DNA from: Tubulanus polymorphus
Taxonomy: Eukaryota; Animalia; Nemertea
Direction: 5' to 3'
Length of the DNA stretch: 64,000 nucleotides
Assembly (NCBI RefSeq): GCF_964204645.1
Contig: NC_134035.1
Span: forward strand, 9,890,451-9,954,450
The notes beneath the pieces were generated by a model. It was given only the letters and a program-made list of their open reading frames with translations. It did not search any database and was not told where the DNA came from. Position numbers and translations under genes: made by a program. Below, piece by piece: positions 1 through 13,210 of this stretch; positions within the stretch are counted from its first letter, which is position 1, and every line of letters begins with the position of its first letter.

Positions 1-304
1 GGAATTTGTTTTTTCGATTTTTCAATTATTTTTTGCCTCCTTAATGTCATTATCGGTAATAAATGATAATTCTAGGATAAAACGACTGGCCCTTATCCAC
101 TTATCCAAAGAGCTGATCCCGATCCTCCCTCCTCGCGACATAGATCTCTGACAAAATGATCGAAAGGTCGCGATGATAACAATTTCGATAAAAGCAGCCT
201 ACATTGTAAGAGCAACGACCTGACTGAAACGAACAAATGTTTCTGAGAACGTAGTGGGCTGATGTCATGTGAGATCAAGATCAACATGTGTTGTGTGTAT
301 ATAT

Positions 305-455
<151 letters not shown>

Positions 456-1244
456 CAATGACGGGTGTGCTCCCTCGACTGGGAGTTGGTTCGTTCAAAT
501 CAAATTACATCGTCTTTGTTCGTCGACCTTTTCGAGTCGAATGGGATGAGGGTGAAATTAAGTTCGTTGACCTACGCTCGCGTATACAATACTTTTGTTT
601 TCCACATTTTGAAGAAAGGATGCATATGTAACTGTTTTCCTGATTTTGCATATCTTATAATATATTTCTTTTACAATAACAATTGCTAATAACTATCTAA
701 ATATACAATTGTTTACACTTGGTATAACAATATTATTACAATACAATTTCATCTGCACTCGAAGAGTAAGAAGCATAAAGAATACGAAATATCCTAGCAC
801 GTTGTTTTTAAGCAAAAATGATAAGTCATTCTATGTGGAAATGTGTAGCTCTAAGAAGTGTGAAATCAAGACTATACCTGTATACCAAAAAAGCATTATT
901 TTGCAAAGATTTATTACTAGAAAAATCTTTTGCTCATTTTTAAAGAACGAAGTACATGAGTCAGAATGAACACTTCATAAAACGTCAGTTAATACAAAGA
1001 TTTAGAAATCATCGCCAGAAGTAATTTAACCGTATTTAGTATATATAAGTACCGGTATACCAAAAAAATATATATATTTTGCAAGCATTTATAACGAAAA
1101 AAATCTCGTGCTCAAGGGCCCGATTCCATAGTTGTGAATTTGAGTTATCTCGCAGTTGGAATCAGTTTATTTTCAAATGTCATAAACTGAAGAGTGAAAT
1201 TCAACTCAGAACTGTGAAATTGGATACAGAGTGAAAACTTAGAT

Positions 1245-2951
1245 TTAGAAATCGTCGTCGGTAGATGAATCGCCAATGTTTCGTATATCATCCATACCTC
1301 CTCCTCCTCCCACGATCTCTTCTTCGATTACAACCGTTTTTACGTCATTCTTATTCCCATCGTCGCCGCCGTCGTCGTCGGATCTATCGTCATTCGACCT
1401 CAGTAGTTCTTCTTGCGCGTCCTCCAGAGCGTCTTCCATCGTTTCGTATTCTTTCGCCTCCTGTTTCTTCGTCGAGTTTTTGTTCTTCTTTTTTCTCAAT
1501 ATTTTCGGGATTTTTATCTTTTTAATTTTGAATCGTCGTCGTTTCGGCGCGTCGGGATCTCGTTTGCCGAAAATCACGACCGGTCGTTTGTAAAGTATGA
1601 CGGCAGCGGTTACAATCCCGGCCACACCCAGGATACCAACTACCGCTCCGACTATAGCCCCGACTGGTGTCTGGTTCTCAACCTTTTCGAGCTTTTTCTC
1701 TAAAACTGCTTCTTTTTTCTATTGAAATGAGTTGGAAATTTGCAGCAACAATATTCTAATATGTATACAGCATTTATATAATTCAGACATTAAGTAAATA
1801 AAACTCACCTCTTCTTTGTACAGTTGCTTTTCGACCTTTTTCAATTCTTTCACCACTTTTTCTCCAGTATCTTCTTTCTTCGCCGGTTTCAATTTCTTGC
1901 TTTCGTGCCCTAAACGTGACGCCAGGAAACTCAATAACGGGAAGATGATTTTCCAGGTTTCAATTCAATATTATTGAAAACATCCATAACTGTTAAAAAC
2001 GATGCTACGTTCACTAAGAACCGTACGGGTTTTAGTGTACCGTAGCTCCAGGTACACCCCCACCCTATCACGAGTGGGATCACTGGAGGGAAATCATGGA
2101 CAAGTCAAGTCACCTGCCTTGATTTATTTTCGAAGCTGGCTCAGGAATCGCTCACCAAGAACCTTATCATCTGATGTACCATGTCGGACCGTAGAACGAA
2201 GGAGATCTCTGAGGAGACAACTACTGCCAGGACTGGGTGAAAGGAATCAAGTAGGCCTATAGACACATTTACTCGCTACATGAATTTAATGGTTTTCCCC
2301 AAAATTGCGGGATTTTTCCCCTCCAGAAGGCCAGGGCAAATTCATTTGGTGACGATACCTATGTTAATATTGATTCGACCTGCTGGTGCGTCATTCACTG
2401 GTTCTTGCTCTTCACCATCGAGCTCATCTTCGTCTTCTTCTGAGTCCAATACGTAGTCGTCGATTTCCTCATCGTCATCAACAACTTCGTCATTTTCATC
2501 GTCGTAATCTCCCTCTACACAGGATAGATTTGAAATGTAGTCAGGTCTGAATATCTAAGTGCGTAGTGTCTAAGCTAGCGGCGGCTGGACAAATCTCAAT
2601 TCTGGCTCCATACCTTTACGTGAATCCGATAGTCGTGATTTTTCTGCCGTTTCTTTATTTTTATGATGTTTCAACTCCACATCAGTGCCTGCTGTCTGTA
2701 TCTTAACCTTCGTGTTTCTATTGCCATCGTGGCTTTTAGTGGTACTCGCAAAAACCCCTACTGGGAGGTAAATCATTCAATAAGAAAGTCCTCAGGCCTA
2801 TAGGCCTGATAACCCGTTTGGTTTGATTTTAAGTTCAAAAAGTATTTTCATGATTTGAGATGAAAAGAAATGTTCAGAAATATTTTGATAGATGCAGACA
2901 CTTACCTGCGCAAAGTATGCACAGAATTATCATAACAAGTTTCAAGTCCAT
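1245..2951 (-). CDS. Type I single-pass membrane protein with acidic ectodomain, unknown function (about 5 exons)
   Basis: Phase-compatible GT-AG exons: 2906-2951 signal peptide MDLKLVMIILCILCA; ~2613-2760; ~2381-2513 D/E-rich; ~1809-1912 K/E-rich; 1245-~1718 with TM GAIVGAVVGILGVAGIVTAAVILY followed by KR and a basic then acidic tail. Confidence 0.75.
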
Positions 2952-3747
2952 CTTTTTTTCAATAGTAAAACTCATAACAAATCAACAACAATGCGGGCAG
3001 TTTTCAAGAACCAACCCTAAACAACGACTTCTCTTCATGCGCAAGGTTTCTTATCGATGGTTCTTACCGCAGTTGTCGAAGTGGCGCAATTTGTCGATGA
3101 TCTTAGGACCTTCAGCTTCACCCATATTCTATTCGAGTCATCTCCCTTATCTGTGCGAGTGAAGGACGTACACAATTTGTTTCGCATTCATCGGAAATTA
3201 TGGGATTCGACTTTTCAAGAATCTAATTAAGATGGGGTATTCAATATTACTCACCATTCACTGCCCGGATTGCATGAGAAATGAGGGACGAAAATTAAGT
3301 ACCCCGAACAGCAAAAATCGTGCCATTTTCAGCGATGTCTGCAAATTAACAAACTATTTAGAAATATTTAAAGCCTAAACGGCATTCGTTAATCCCTAAA
3401 ACAGAACGCCTCGGCGCGCCGGCTGTCGGTTGAAGTCAGAATACTTTCAAAAACCGGAAAATATATGTATCTTACTCACAAATTAAATTTACGCATTTAT
3501 ATGTAGGAAACCTATAGAAAGAACGTGATTTAATATATTATTATAGTTATTTGTTTGAATTCTCGGATGGCTTTATTCTGATTTTATCTGATTTCGCCTA
3601 AAGGAGTTGCTTATTCAGCCGGTTTCTGATATCAGGAATCCGTACAATATTTTGCGGTGTTACATATATAGAATCATTGCACAATAGAAGTTTTGATTCA
3701 ATCTAATCTGGAAGTGCTGACGACTCGTTGCTATTGAGTTGTGGACC

Positions 3748-4802
3748 ATGACAGTGAACGGTTCTCATCCGTTTCGTTGCTCCCAGACATTAAGATGGAA
3801 CTATCAGTTCAGCGTTTACATCTACATGGCAGGAATCGGTCCTGTTACTGTTTGCGGTATTCTGTTGAATATCCTGACTATTATCATTATAGGCAGACTA
3901 CGCAATAGTTGCTATCATACGATTTGTCTTTTAGCGGTTTCTGATCTTGTGTTCAGTTTATCATCTTTTATCATGTATCCGCTGAGAATGTATTTTATCT
4001 ACAGTAATCTGGGTGACTTCGTTTTTCGTTATGATGACTGGTATTTCGGTTGGTGGTTTATAATTGTCGCCTATATGGGGCTGTATCCGTCACAGTTCGT
4101 CAGAAACTGGCTCGTTGTTGTTGTGAGTTTAGAGAGAATTTTAGTCATTATTTTCCCGTTAAATTATAAACGCTTCTGGAGACCTTTAAGTATTAATCTA
4201 CTCTGTTTCGTGTTGACATTGTTCAGTTTGTTAATTTTCTCGGAATCTATCATTCCTCGAACCCTACCGGGTTTAACGAGATGGCCCTGTCTAAAACCTG
4301 GTCAGTACACTTATACAATTTTCTGGCCCGAGTACACAAATGTTAGAATTCTGAAAAATGTTGAATCTCTTCTAAAACCAATATCAGTTAATAGAAGATA
4401 CACAATAGTATACGGGATTATATTTCTGCCTATATCAACATTGCTGGTTGTAAACGTATTTTTGTGTATTGTTTTCACTCGGACCAGAAATCAACGTAAA
4501 TCATTAATAGGTGGCGTTTCTAGGGATAACGATACGGGAATATTGAAGATGGTTTCAGCAGTTGTTCTGGTTTATGTTATTTGTGAATTTCCTGGCATTT
4601 GGATCGACTTCCCGCAAAGCTTTTCAACTTTGTAGATGAAATGATTCTGAGGAAATTCTCACTGTTAATGACAATGTTTGATTCTTGCCTAAATTTTACC
4701 GTTTATTGTTTGACGAATCAAAGATTTCGGTCAGAAGTCGTCGCCATATTGAAAGTCAGCAATCACGTAAGAACAAACACAAGTCGAGCAAGCTGGTTAT
4801 AG
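3748..4802 (+). pseudogene. Single-exon class A (rhodopsin-like) GPCR, FMRFamide/peptide-receptor-like, with a 1-nt frameshift after TM6
   Basis: N-glycosylation site NGS, TM1 GILLN, TM2 LAVSDL, TM3 SLERILVIIFPL, TM6 CEFP; TM7/helix 8 DSCLNFTVYCLTNQRFR lies in another frame (ORF 4599-4802). Confidence 0.8.
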
Positions 4803-4832
4803 CATTTAAACCCGTCCTCTAATGAACTGTAA

Positions 4833-5070
4833 CTGGACAGTACACTCGTACCATTCATTGGCCTCAGTACACAAACTGCCAGAATTCTAAAAGACATTGA
4901 ATCCAATCCAAAACCAATAACAGTTGAAGATAGATACCCAATAATGTATGGGATGATACTTTTACCTATGTCGACATTACAGGCTGTAAATGCATTTTTG
5001 TTTATTCTTTCCACTCGGACCAGATATCAACGTAAATCACTAATAGGTGGCGCTTCTAGGGATAACGATA
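4833..5070 (+). pseudogene. Decayed partial tandem duplicate of the GPCR (ECL2-TM5-ICL3)
   Basis: Aligns by eye to ~4297-4534, e.g. cactcggaccaga(a/t)atcaacgtaaatca(t/c)taataggtggcg(t/c)ttctagggataacgata. Confidence 0.85.
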
Positions 5071-5145
5071 GATTTAACGCAGCAGACGATTTTATTTTCA
5101 TCAATTAATTAGGCTTTTAAAGTTTTTATCCTGAATTCTACAATG

Positions 5146-8100
5146 TTAAGGGTTGTGCGGTTGTAATCTCTCAAGATGACTCGTCGGAGCATATCCGTTC
5201 ATTGATTCATCGTCCTTCATGTGGTAATAGTTGTAGAATGGGCTGAACGTATATTCCAGTACAAGCACATCACCTGTAATTAGTCAAGAAATAGGACATG
5301 TTGAGATGTGAAATATGAAGACGTGTTAATCATGGGGTGCGTGGAATGCTGCAGCTATTCAGATTTTCTCACCTTGTTTAAAGGACAGCTCGTCGTGAGC
5401 TTTTGAGTCGTAATCAGCAATGGCAAAATATTCTTGTACACTTATCACAGGTTGTGGTTGATCCTCGTGTTTGCTGAATTTAGTAATGAAATCAATAGAA
5501 GTTGTAGATGGAGATCAGCAAGTTAGAAATCTCCCCTGTTGTGCAAAAGGGAAATAGGAATTGAAAGGTTGACTTACCTGCGCTCAAATTCTTCGTCACA
5601 ATCGTCATTGTCATCCCATGCAGAATGTCTAACGGTCGTCTCATTCCGATCGCGCTCCTCCTCGCCGTCATTCCAGGCAGATTTCAGCGGCTGAACTCGC
5701 GTCTGTTCGCTCGATTCTGGCGTGGGAGTCTTCGGTCGAACTACCGGTCGTACGTCCTGACTTACCGTTTGAGCAACACGATTCACGAACGTATACGTAG
5801 GAGCGTTAGGCGGCGGCGGAGACACTACGCGTCGATTTGGCGACTGCTGACAAGGAATAACGATCATCATATTAATGATTTCTAATTTTCGTGATGAATA
5901 AAGACAAGAACAGGTTGTTTTGATGTTGAATCAGCAGAAGGTAGAGACAGTACTTTTAAGTTTTATTCTAAGATACGAGTTTCCGCTATTAAGTAGCATC
6001 ATCAGGTTTTGTAAATAATGAGCGATCTCTACCTCATGATGAAGCTTCTATTAATAATACACTAGTAGCGAAAGCTCGTATTTCAAATAAATCCAGATAA
6101 CCAACGTAATGGACTCAGTTCCACAGTGAGTTAAGATTTGACTCAGAGTTAACTCATTGAAAACGAACTAATTTCAACTCAGAGTTAACTCTAATTCAGA
6201 ACTGTGGAACTAGATCCAGTATATCTGTATCTACTTACTGATTCGATACCAGGTTAACACGGCTCCTCTACAACACTTTTGATGCAGTTATTCTAGATTT
6301 TCAAAATCGGCAGATTCTTTGAAATATAGGGATAAAACTAGATCAAATCGCCGTTCATCTCTCATATTTACCTTATCTTTGTGGCCGATTTTATGGAATA
6401 TATTTATCACTTGGTCTTTCACGACGTGTCGCGTTTTTGATTTCGACGACTCGGGTTGCGGTGCGAGCATCTGTAACGGAGCCGGTTTCGACGGCGTATC
6501 TGTGACAAAATCCTCAGTAAACGGGTGCAAATTCTACAATGTGAACAAAAATACTTTCAAATATGTATGCAAAATAATACCGTGTGCCCAATTTGATAGA
6601 CTGTTGTATTAATTCTAACCCGGAGAACTATTTCAATTGATTTTCGATTGAATTAACCCCCAATTAAAGTTGATACCAGTCTATGAAACTAATCCCTGCA
6701 GTGTAGGCCTAGCTATTGGTTTCCATACACAAGCAAATTTTATGCTATTTAAAATGCTATTTTTGAGTCGAAACATCAAAATCTTCGGTTAGTTTTGCTT
6801 CGCGTGTTGTGAGTTTGTTCTACAATGCCCAGAACTTTCTTCATTGGACTCCATATTTCAAGGTTCGCCATCACGTTTAAACTTACAGTTAAATCTGGCC
6901 AGGCGGCGTTGATATCCTGACCAGGTCCGTACATATCCCTCCAATCACGCAAATCAGTGTGACAATCAAACATCGATTCGATAGCATCAAGATGGTGCTG
7001 ATAACTGCCAGTTTCGCTGCAAATGGCAAAAAAATCACTACAAGAATATGCTATATCTTATATTTGCTTGCAATAAATTTAGTGAGTCTAAATAGACCGT
7101 TCACCGTTTTCTATTTTGTTAGGTTAGATATTTCAAATAATTTTCATCATGATGTATTACACTAATTATTCGGTTTTGAACGTACAGAATATCGGTGATC
7201 TTTACGAATTGTTCCAGTTGTGATTTGAAGAATTCCATTCGTTCGAGCTCTTCTCTTTCGGTCATCACGAACTGTATTTCCATACGATTTAAGTAGTCTT
7301 GTTTGCCTGTATCATATTACGATTTGAGACTTACTTCGATACCACGTCAGGTAAGAATTAAGGATGTTTCAGAGTAGGCCTTGAAATACCCCCCCCCCCG
7401 CAAGTTGCACTTTGATGAAGTTTTGATTTTGGGCCGGATGATACTGAATTATGTATTCTTGCATGCTACTTTGCTCTGAACGCAAATGTACTATTCCCAA
7501 TGAACAATACCATAGAACTCAAATCAAATTTGAGTTCTATGACAATACCAATTCTATGATATCGTAAGTTCACTTTTCTAACAGTTTTGAGATCTATCTT
7601 TAAAACACCCCATTTCAGAGAAACACGTCATCTAAGGTATTCCGTATTTGAATCATACAGTTGGGACTTTTTAGCTCGTTTGCTAGTTTTATTAGCAGAC
7701 GTTACCTTCGTTCAGTCTCTGATAAGCGAACAGGAGGTGACTTTTAGCAGTTTGTCCGTTCAGACGAGATGCGTTGACCTTCAACTCGTTCTCCGGACCC
7801 GGATGTTTGCGCAGACGTCGAACACACGTTTCATAAACTTCTATCGAATCTTGGTAACATTTCCAATAATCTATGAAGAAATTACATAGATACATCAAAA
7901 AAATAAAACCCGTTGCTTTTAAACAAAAACTTCGATGTGGTTTTTTCTCTCTAAGTCAGTCTTTATACTTCGGATATTTTCCTTACGTTTTATTTTATCC
8001 ATATTAGTTTTATGAGAACTTTGAGCGTTTGTAAAACGTTCTCTCATTTCTTGTACTATGTGATATTCACTTCCAAATCCAGTCGCCTTTTTATACTTTG

Positions 8101-9043
8101 CCTTTCGCCATCTGCAACCACATTATTATGCAAAAATTGTAAACTTTTTAGTGGTTTGTAATCAAACATATCGTAAAATACTTGTACTAAGTATAGCCTC
8201 AGATTTCCTGAGTTGTGAGCCAAACGCCATAAGGACGACGGAAGACCAAGATAATTACTTGTGAACGGTTTTCAGGAGTTGTGTAAGAAGGTTAGCGGCT
8301 CGGTCGTGGTATTTGTAAGTCATCTGTCCTTCTTTCAAAGACTCCTTCCAAATATCCAACATATTCCCGTATTCACCACCTAAACAACGACATCTAATTT
8401 ATTCATTCAATCGAGGTCTAAAGCGACATAGAAAACATTTCACAATTTTTACTTCGACGTGGGGACAGGGTTTGACCACAGTGTGAATAGGTATTTAAAT
8501 TAGAAAAAAGGTCCGAAATAAACACCAGGACACAGTTTCCAGTCGCGAGTTACAGTTAACTCTGAGTTTGAGTTAGTTTATCTTCACTGAGTTAACTCTA
8601 AGGTCAAGCCTTGACTCAGAACTGTGGAATTTGGTTCTGTGTGCCGATGCAAGTAGGCCAATACACACACGCCCAGATGATCTATTATTTACTTGTGACA
8701 ATCTGTTGATAGAAAAAGTTGCTCCATGATTTCAGTTTTTCGGCGTGTTTAGTCTCAATAATCGCTCGTTCATTTATCATGTCTTCCAGTAGCTCGGTCA
8801 GGCTGTATTAAAAATCAAACAATTTCAACGTGTCACTGACTGACCAGGCGACGTCGACCCGATTTTTATTTTGCGATAAACGTTTATCATTCATTACATA
8901 ATACAGAAAACATGTACACATCTTATATAAGCATCGACTCACTGCTTTGACTGTTCGATTCGTTTCACGGTTTCTTTGAATCCACCGACTGCCCAGAAAT
9001 TTAAGGCACATCGTTTTGGTGACGGATCTCGTTTTTCGGCCAT
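5146..9043 (-). CDS. PACSIN/syndapin-like F-BAR + SH3 protein, divergent (11 exons)
   Basis: Spliced translation: NFWAVGGFKETVKRIE, MINERAIIETKHAEKLKSW, GEYGNMLDIW, YLNRMEIQF..ELERMEFFK, DLRDWRDMYGPG..WP (all match PACSIN motifs); SH3 AIADYDSKAHDELSFKQGD..GYAPTSHL; consistent splice phases. Confidence 0.85.
5960..6270. mobile_element. Penelope-like-element-derived inverted repeat with two degenerate hammerhead motifs, interrupted by a MITE (6110-6220)
   Basis: Minus strand CUGAUGA-U-GCUA..UAGC-G-GAAA-CUC-GUA; plus strand (A)UGAUGA-A-GCU..UAGC-GAAA-GCUC-GUA; tail gttaacacggct(c/a)ctcta shared with ~14905-14925. Confidence 0.55.
7504..7548. mobile_element. 31-bp CATAG..CTATG palindrome with 7-bp direct repeats (P-element-like footprint)
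   Basis: acaatac|catagaactcaaatcaaatttgagttctatg|acaatac. Confidence 0.7.
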
Positions 9044-9167
9044 GATTGATAGTCCTCGAGTGCAAAACCATGACGACTGCACCTGGAGACTTACCATATA
9101 GTTACAAAAACAACGGATATACACTGTCATAGCAACGCCAGTCGAACCCTAAGATTATAGGTATAAT

Positions 9168-9340
9168 GCCCAACAGACGACACAGGGCGAACACGGAAAC
9201 ACGGAAACATTTCATGTTTCCGAGCGTTCCCCGTGTCGTCTGCGTTGACGAGAAACGAGAAACAAGGTTTCGGGAAAATGTTTCCGAGATAAAGCATGCT
9301 TGATCCCGTGTTTCTCTATTTCCTGATCTGTGCGTTGGGC
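9168..9340. mobile_element. MITE with GCCCAAC..GTTGGGC TIRs (related to 38494-38670)
   Basis: Terminal inverted repeats and internal palindromic gaaac/gtttc units. Confidence 0.7.
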
Positions 9341-10049
9341 TTTGAAACCGACATTAACTGATCCAGGGAGATACACACTAAATAATATGATGGTTATATC
9401 AAAGCTGTGGGTAGTTGGGTGTTGAATGGGTAGTGTGCAGTGTGATCTGCAAGTAACGCTTTGATACTGACTACTGCGGGCAATGACCGAAAAATCGGCA
9501 TTCTAGGTCATCTACCGACTTCTACTAATTTTCTGTATATATTAAAAGGAAACAGTCTTCGCCGAGTTGCGCTTGTTGAGGAAACCGATAGAACTCAACG
9601 TCATCCATATTCGAGGATAACTCGATATTCAAATTAAAATGGAAAAACGGAAAACGACGCATTAAAATGTCACGTCTACGAATGGTTTCCGAGGATCCTT
9701 CAGAGAAAAATCATACAAATCTTCCGCACGGAATAATAGTGACATTAATTGAGTACCACTAAAATGCGTTAATGGATCTGATTAGTAGTTAATAATGTAT
9801 GTAGAAGAAAAAGAATCGTGGTTTACTTTTTTCCTATAGGTCGGTGTACTGTAGAACAATATTGTTCGTTTTAAAATTTTGTTTCAATCAGAAAGCTTAT
9901 TTCTATTGAGAAACTTCTTTAAGGTCTGCTATAGATTACATGTTGTCACATTGTAACTGCAGATACTATTACAGATCAAAGATTTAACCAGGATCAACAA
10001 CTTGATACACGACAGTCCGTAATAAAACCGGGCTCAGGATTTTAGCGTG

Positions 10050-11259
10050 ATGATGGCGAAACATTTTTCTGGAGTGATAGCTGTTGTGTATTGCCTTGTG
10101 TATCCTTGTTTTTCGGATTCAAGGCCAAACTCAACCGGTACGTTATAAAACATCACAAATACTTTAAAAGGACTTTTGCTTATATATACGACTATTTTTG
10201 ATGTTATACGTATCAAAGACTATATGTATGTGTGTATTATATCTTTTTAAAGGACCTATATGTTCGAAATCTAAATGCTACATGAAAACCAATGAAAAAT
10301 GTAAAACCTTTGATAAGGTAAGCAATCATCTTTTTCTTCGCCATTTTACCGTCGAATATAATATGACCATTCGCCTTTAACCTCGTAATTCGTATACTGA
10401 AGGCAAATGAACTTTGTGCTAGCGGGTTCGGAGGAAAATTGATTTCCATCGAAAACGACGATGAATGGAAATTCATAAAGAACAGTTCGATTCTGTGAGT
10501 AGCTCGGAGAAACGTCGATAAATCGATATTCTTTAATGATGAAATTTTAATTTGGAATAATAGCCCACTTAGAGAATATTTCGACAATATCGTATTTCAT
10601 ATTTAGATCGGGGCGTTCTTAATGATAAATTTTGCAACGAGTCAGAACAGAAGCTTAAGATTAAGATGAACTACGGATGTATTTTCAGGGCACGTGATCA
10701 AGACTTGATTATCGGCTTGAAGAGTAAACGTTGGATATCAGACCAGCCATTCACTCTAACGATAGATGACAATGATAAACAAGACTGGGACCAGTGGGGC
10801 AAGAAATGTATGTTTCTCAGAGCTAAGCGTGACTCGTTTGAATGGAGGGCGCAATTTTGTTATTTTGAGAGGTCTACTTTTGGACTTTGCGAAGTCACTA
10901 GGAACACCAGCCTCACCAGCACTTGCGAGAGAGAGGCAGAAGAACGTGATGAAAGTAAATTGAAATCAGTCTGGGTGCGCGACGCGCCGCCCGAGACCGC
11001 AGCGATTACAAACGGCGAAATTTTAGAAACTAGAAATGAAGTGCACAGAATCGCGTGCATCGCATCGTGTCAGCGATCGCAACTTTGCATCGGGGCGTTG
11101 TACAAGGGGACGTTCGCGTCCGGGGAATGCGTCATACTCAAGAACGCGACGGCGACGATTCCGTCAAAATACGACGGATACGAATCCTGGTCGAAGATGG
11201 AGGGAGCAAAATCAGCGGCCGGGGGCAGCACAGATGCTCTGAATAAATGCAAAAACTGA
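10050..11259 (+). CDS. Secreted C-type lectin-like domain + PAN/apple domain protein (4 exons)
   Basis: Signal exon MMAKHFSGVIAVVYCLVYPCFS; exons CSKSKCY, ANELCASGFGGKLISIENDDEWKFI, IIGL..W..KCMFL..W..CY..GLCE (CTLD); ACIASCQRSQLCIGALY..GECVIL (PAN-like). Confidence 0.8.
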
Positions 11260-12042
11260 TCTCAAATTCCCAGCTTTTTAATTAATAATGAACATTTTAT
11301 TCATTCATCTAGATAAATAAAAATATAATATTATGGTTTTATCAAATACAACATTTATTACAAGGAGAGACAGGCCTGTCGACTAAAATACTGGTAAAAC
11401 AATAAAATTCGCTCGAAAATTCTATAATATCTATAAAATAAGTAGATGTTGTAATTTCATTCAACGTAATTTATACGCGTTCTTTTTTAAATTCGAATAA
11501 AATCCGTCGACATTTTTCTCGACTCAATAAGATCGGTTGGCGATAAGAATATGTCTATGAAAAACAACATACGGAATACTTTCTAAAACTGGAAGACGAG
11601 GGGGTTTTATTTTTAAATACAGCAGACTCCATTTAACTCTCCAAAAAACTAACAAATGTAAAAATTCACAGAGTCTACTGTATATGAGGAAAACATACAA
11701 TAACGTTTCGATTACATTCGGGAAAAATCTTTGAGCAAAATAGGCATTTATGTACTTCGATACTCTTTCGATGAATATACTAGAATTCTATTTTCAAAGA
11801 TACTACCTTCAGTTAAAGGCCCTATTATACTTGATAATCTATTTTCTAAAGGAAAATAGTTGTTCAATTATCATCGTAGTGACGGCTTCGACTTAACGAA
11901 ATATGATATGTGATTTGAAATACAACGTGTGTTTAATTATGTTCAGCTGCTTGGTTATTTAGTAATAATGCTTACTTTATTTGAATCAGGGTTCCATCAG
12001 CGCACGGCTCCTCGCGTCTAAGACCCGGTCTATTTTTGATCT

Positions 12043-12210
12043 ACAGTAAACTACGCCTTACTCAACAGTGGTAGCACTGTAAATATTTCAGTGAGTTGAA
12101 AATCTGGAAAAGAGATACCTTTTCCGAAATAGATTTTAGTAGAATTCGCCTAAGACTCGTGCAGTTTATCGAGTTGACCACCAGTACCGAGTAAGACCAA
12201 GCCTACTGTA
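12043..12210. mobile_element. Tc1/mariner-pogo (Tigger-like) MITE
   Basis: TA|CAGTA..TACTG|TA termini; related copies at ~17785-17963 and ~22212-22365. Confidence 0.6.
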
Positions 12211-13024
12211 TATCCAATATTAACTCATCTTCATTTATCCGACATATGCCTTAATATATGTCACTAAGACCATGCCAGGACTAAAAGTGACGACTGTACC
12301 ACTCAAACCCCTAACATTTTTCAGCTATTTGTAAGCTAAATTTACAGGCAAAATTTTGTCGAGTTATCGCAAAAAAAATAAAAACGTTTATGTTTATACG
12401 TGGTATCTAAAACAATACAACAGTAACAACGAAAATAAGCACCATACATAAATAGGTAATACATAGAATAACAGTGATTACAACAGTGTTACAATAACAG
12501 ATTCACCGATGACCAGGCCCGTACCCAGAGGACGTGCGAACGCAACCCCTGCAAAATCCAGACTTCCGCTATGTTTCAAGATTAAACTACATCAACACTT
12601 CAATAAATGTTTATATACATATACAATTTCGTATATATTACTTGTTCTGAAATGAAGTTAAGTAATTTAAAGTAAAGTAAATATGAGATAATTCACTTGA
12701 TTGGCCAGAAAATGCATCTAAAATGCTTCAAGTATACAAAATTTTCTTGAAAGACGACCCAAAAACCCCTAGCAAAATGCCTCACACCAGCAAAAGAGGC
12801 TTTGTACGGGCCTGTTGAAAGATTCACACCTACTTGGTTCAGAAATGTATAATACAAAATCATAGTTACTTCGAAATAAACTGTTCCTTTGAATTGGCAT
12901 TGAGGGACTGGGAGAACAGCGCCGTGAAGCGGCCTCCCAGAACCCCCCACTAAATACAGTTTCCTTGGAGGCCATTTCAAATACAGTCAGGGTTTAGATA
13001 CAGATCACGAATGAAGAAGTATAA

Positions 13025-13210
13025 CGCTAAACAAAATTGATTCCTTGTTTTCCAATTCTGCTGAGCTTAAAAGTTGACCGAGCCAGCCACCCAGGACATT
13101 ACTTTTTTCTAAAGCATGATCAAACTAACAATAACAAACCCAGCAATTATAGCAATTTATAAAATGACCCGGCCACGTAGGAGAAACGAGGTATCATTTT
13201 TTAGCCTAAA
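13025..13210. mobile_element. MITE family with GCTAAAAAATGATACCTYGTTTCTC-type TIRs; copies at ~28358-28594 and ~42555-42755
   Basis: Three dispersed similar copies with conserved ends (aggagaaacgaggtatcattttttagc). Confidence 0.75.
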
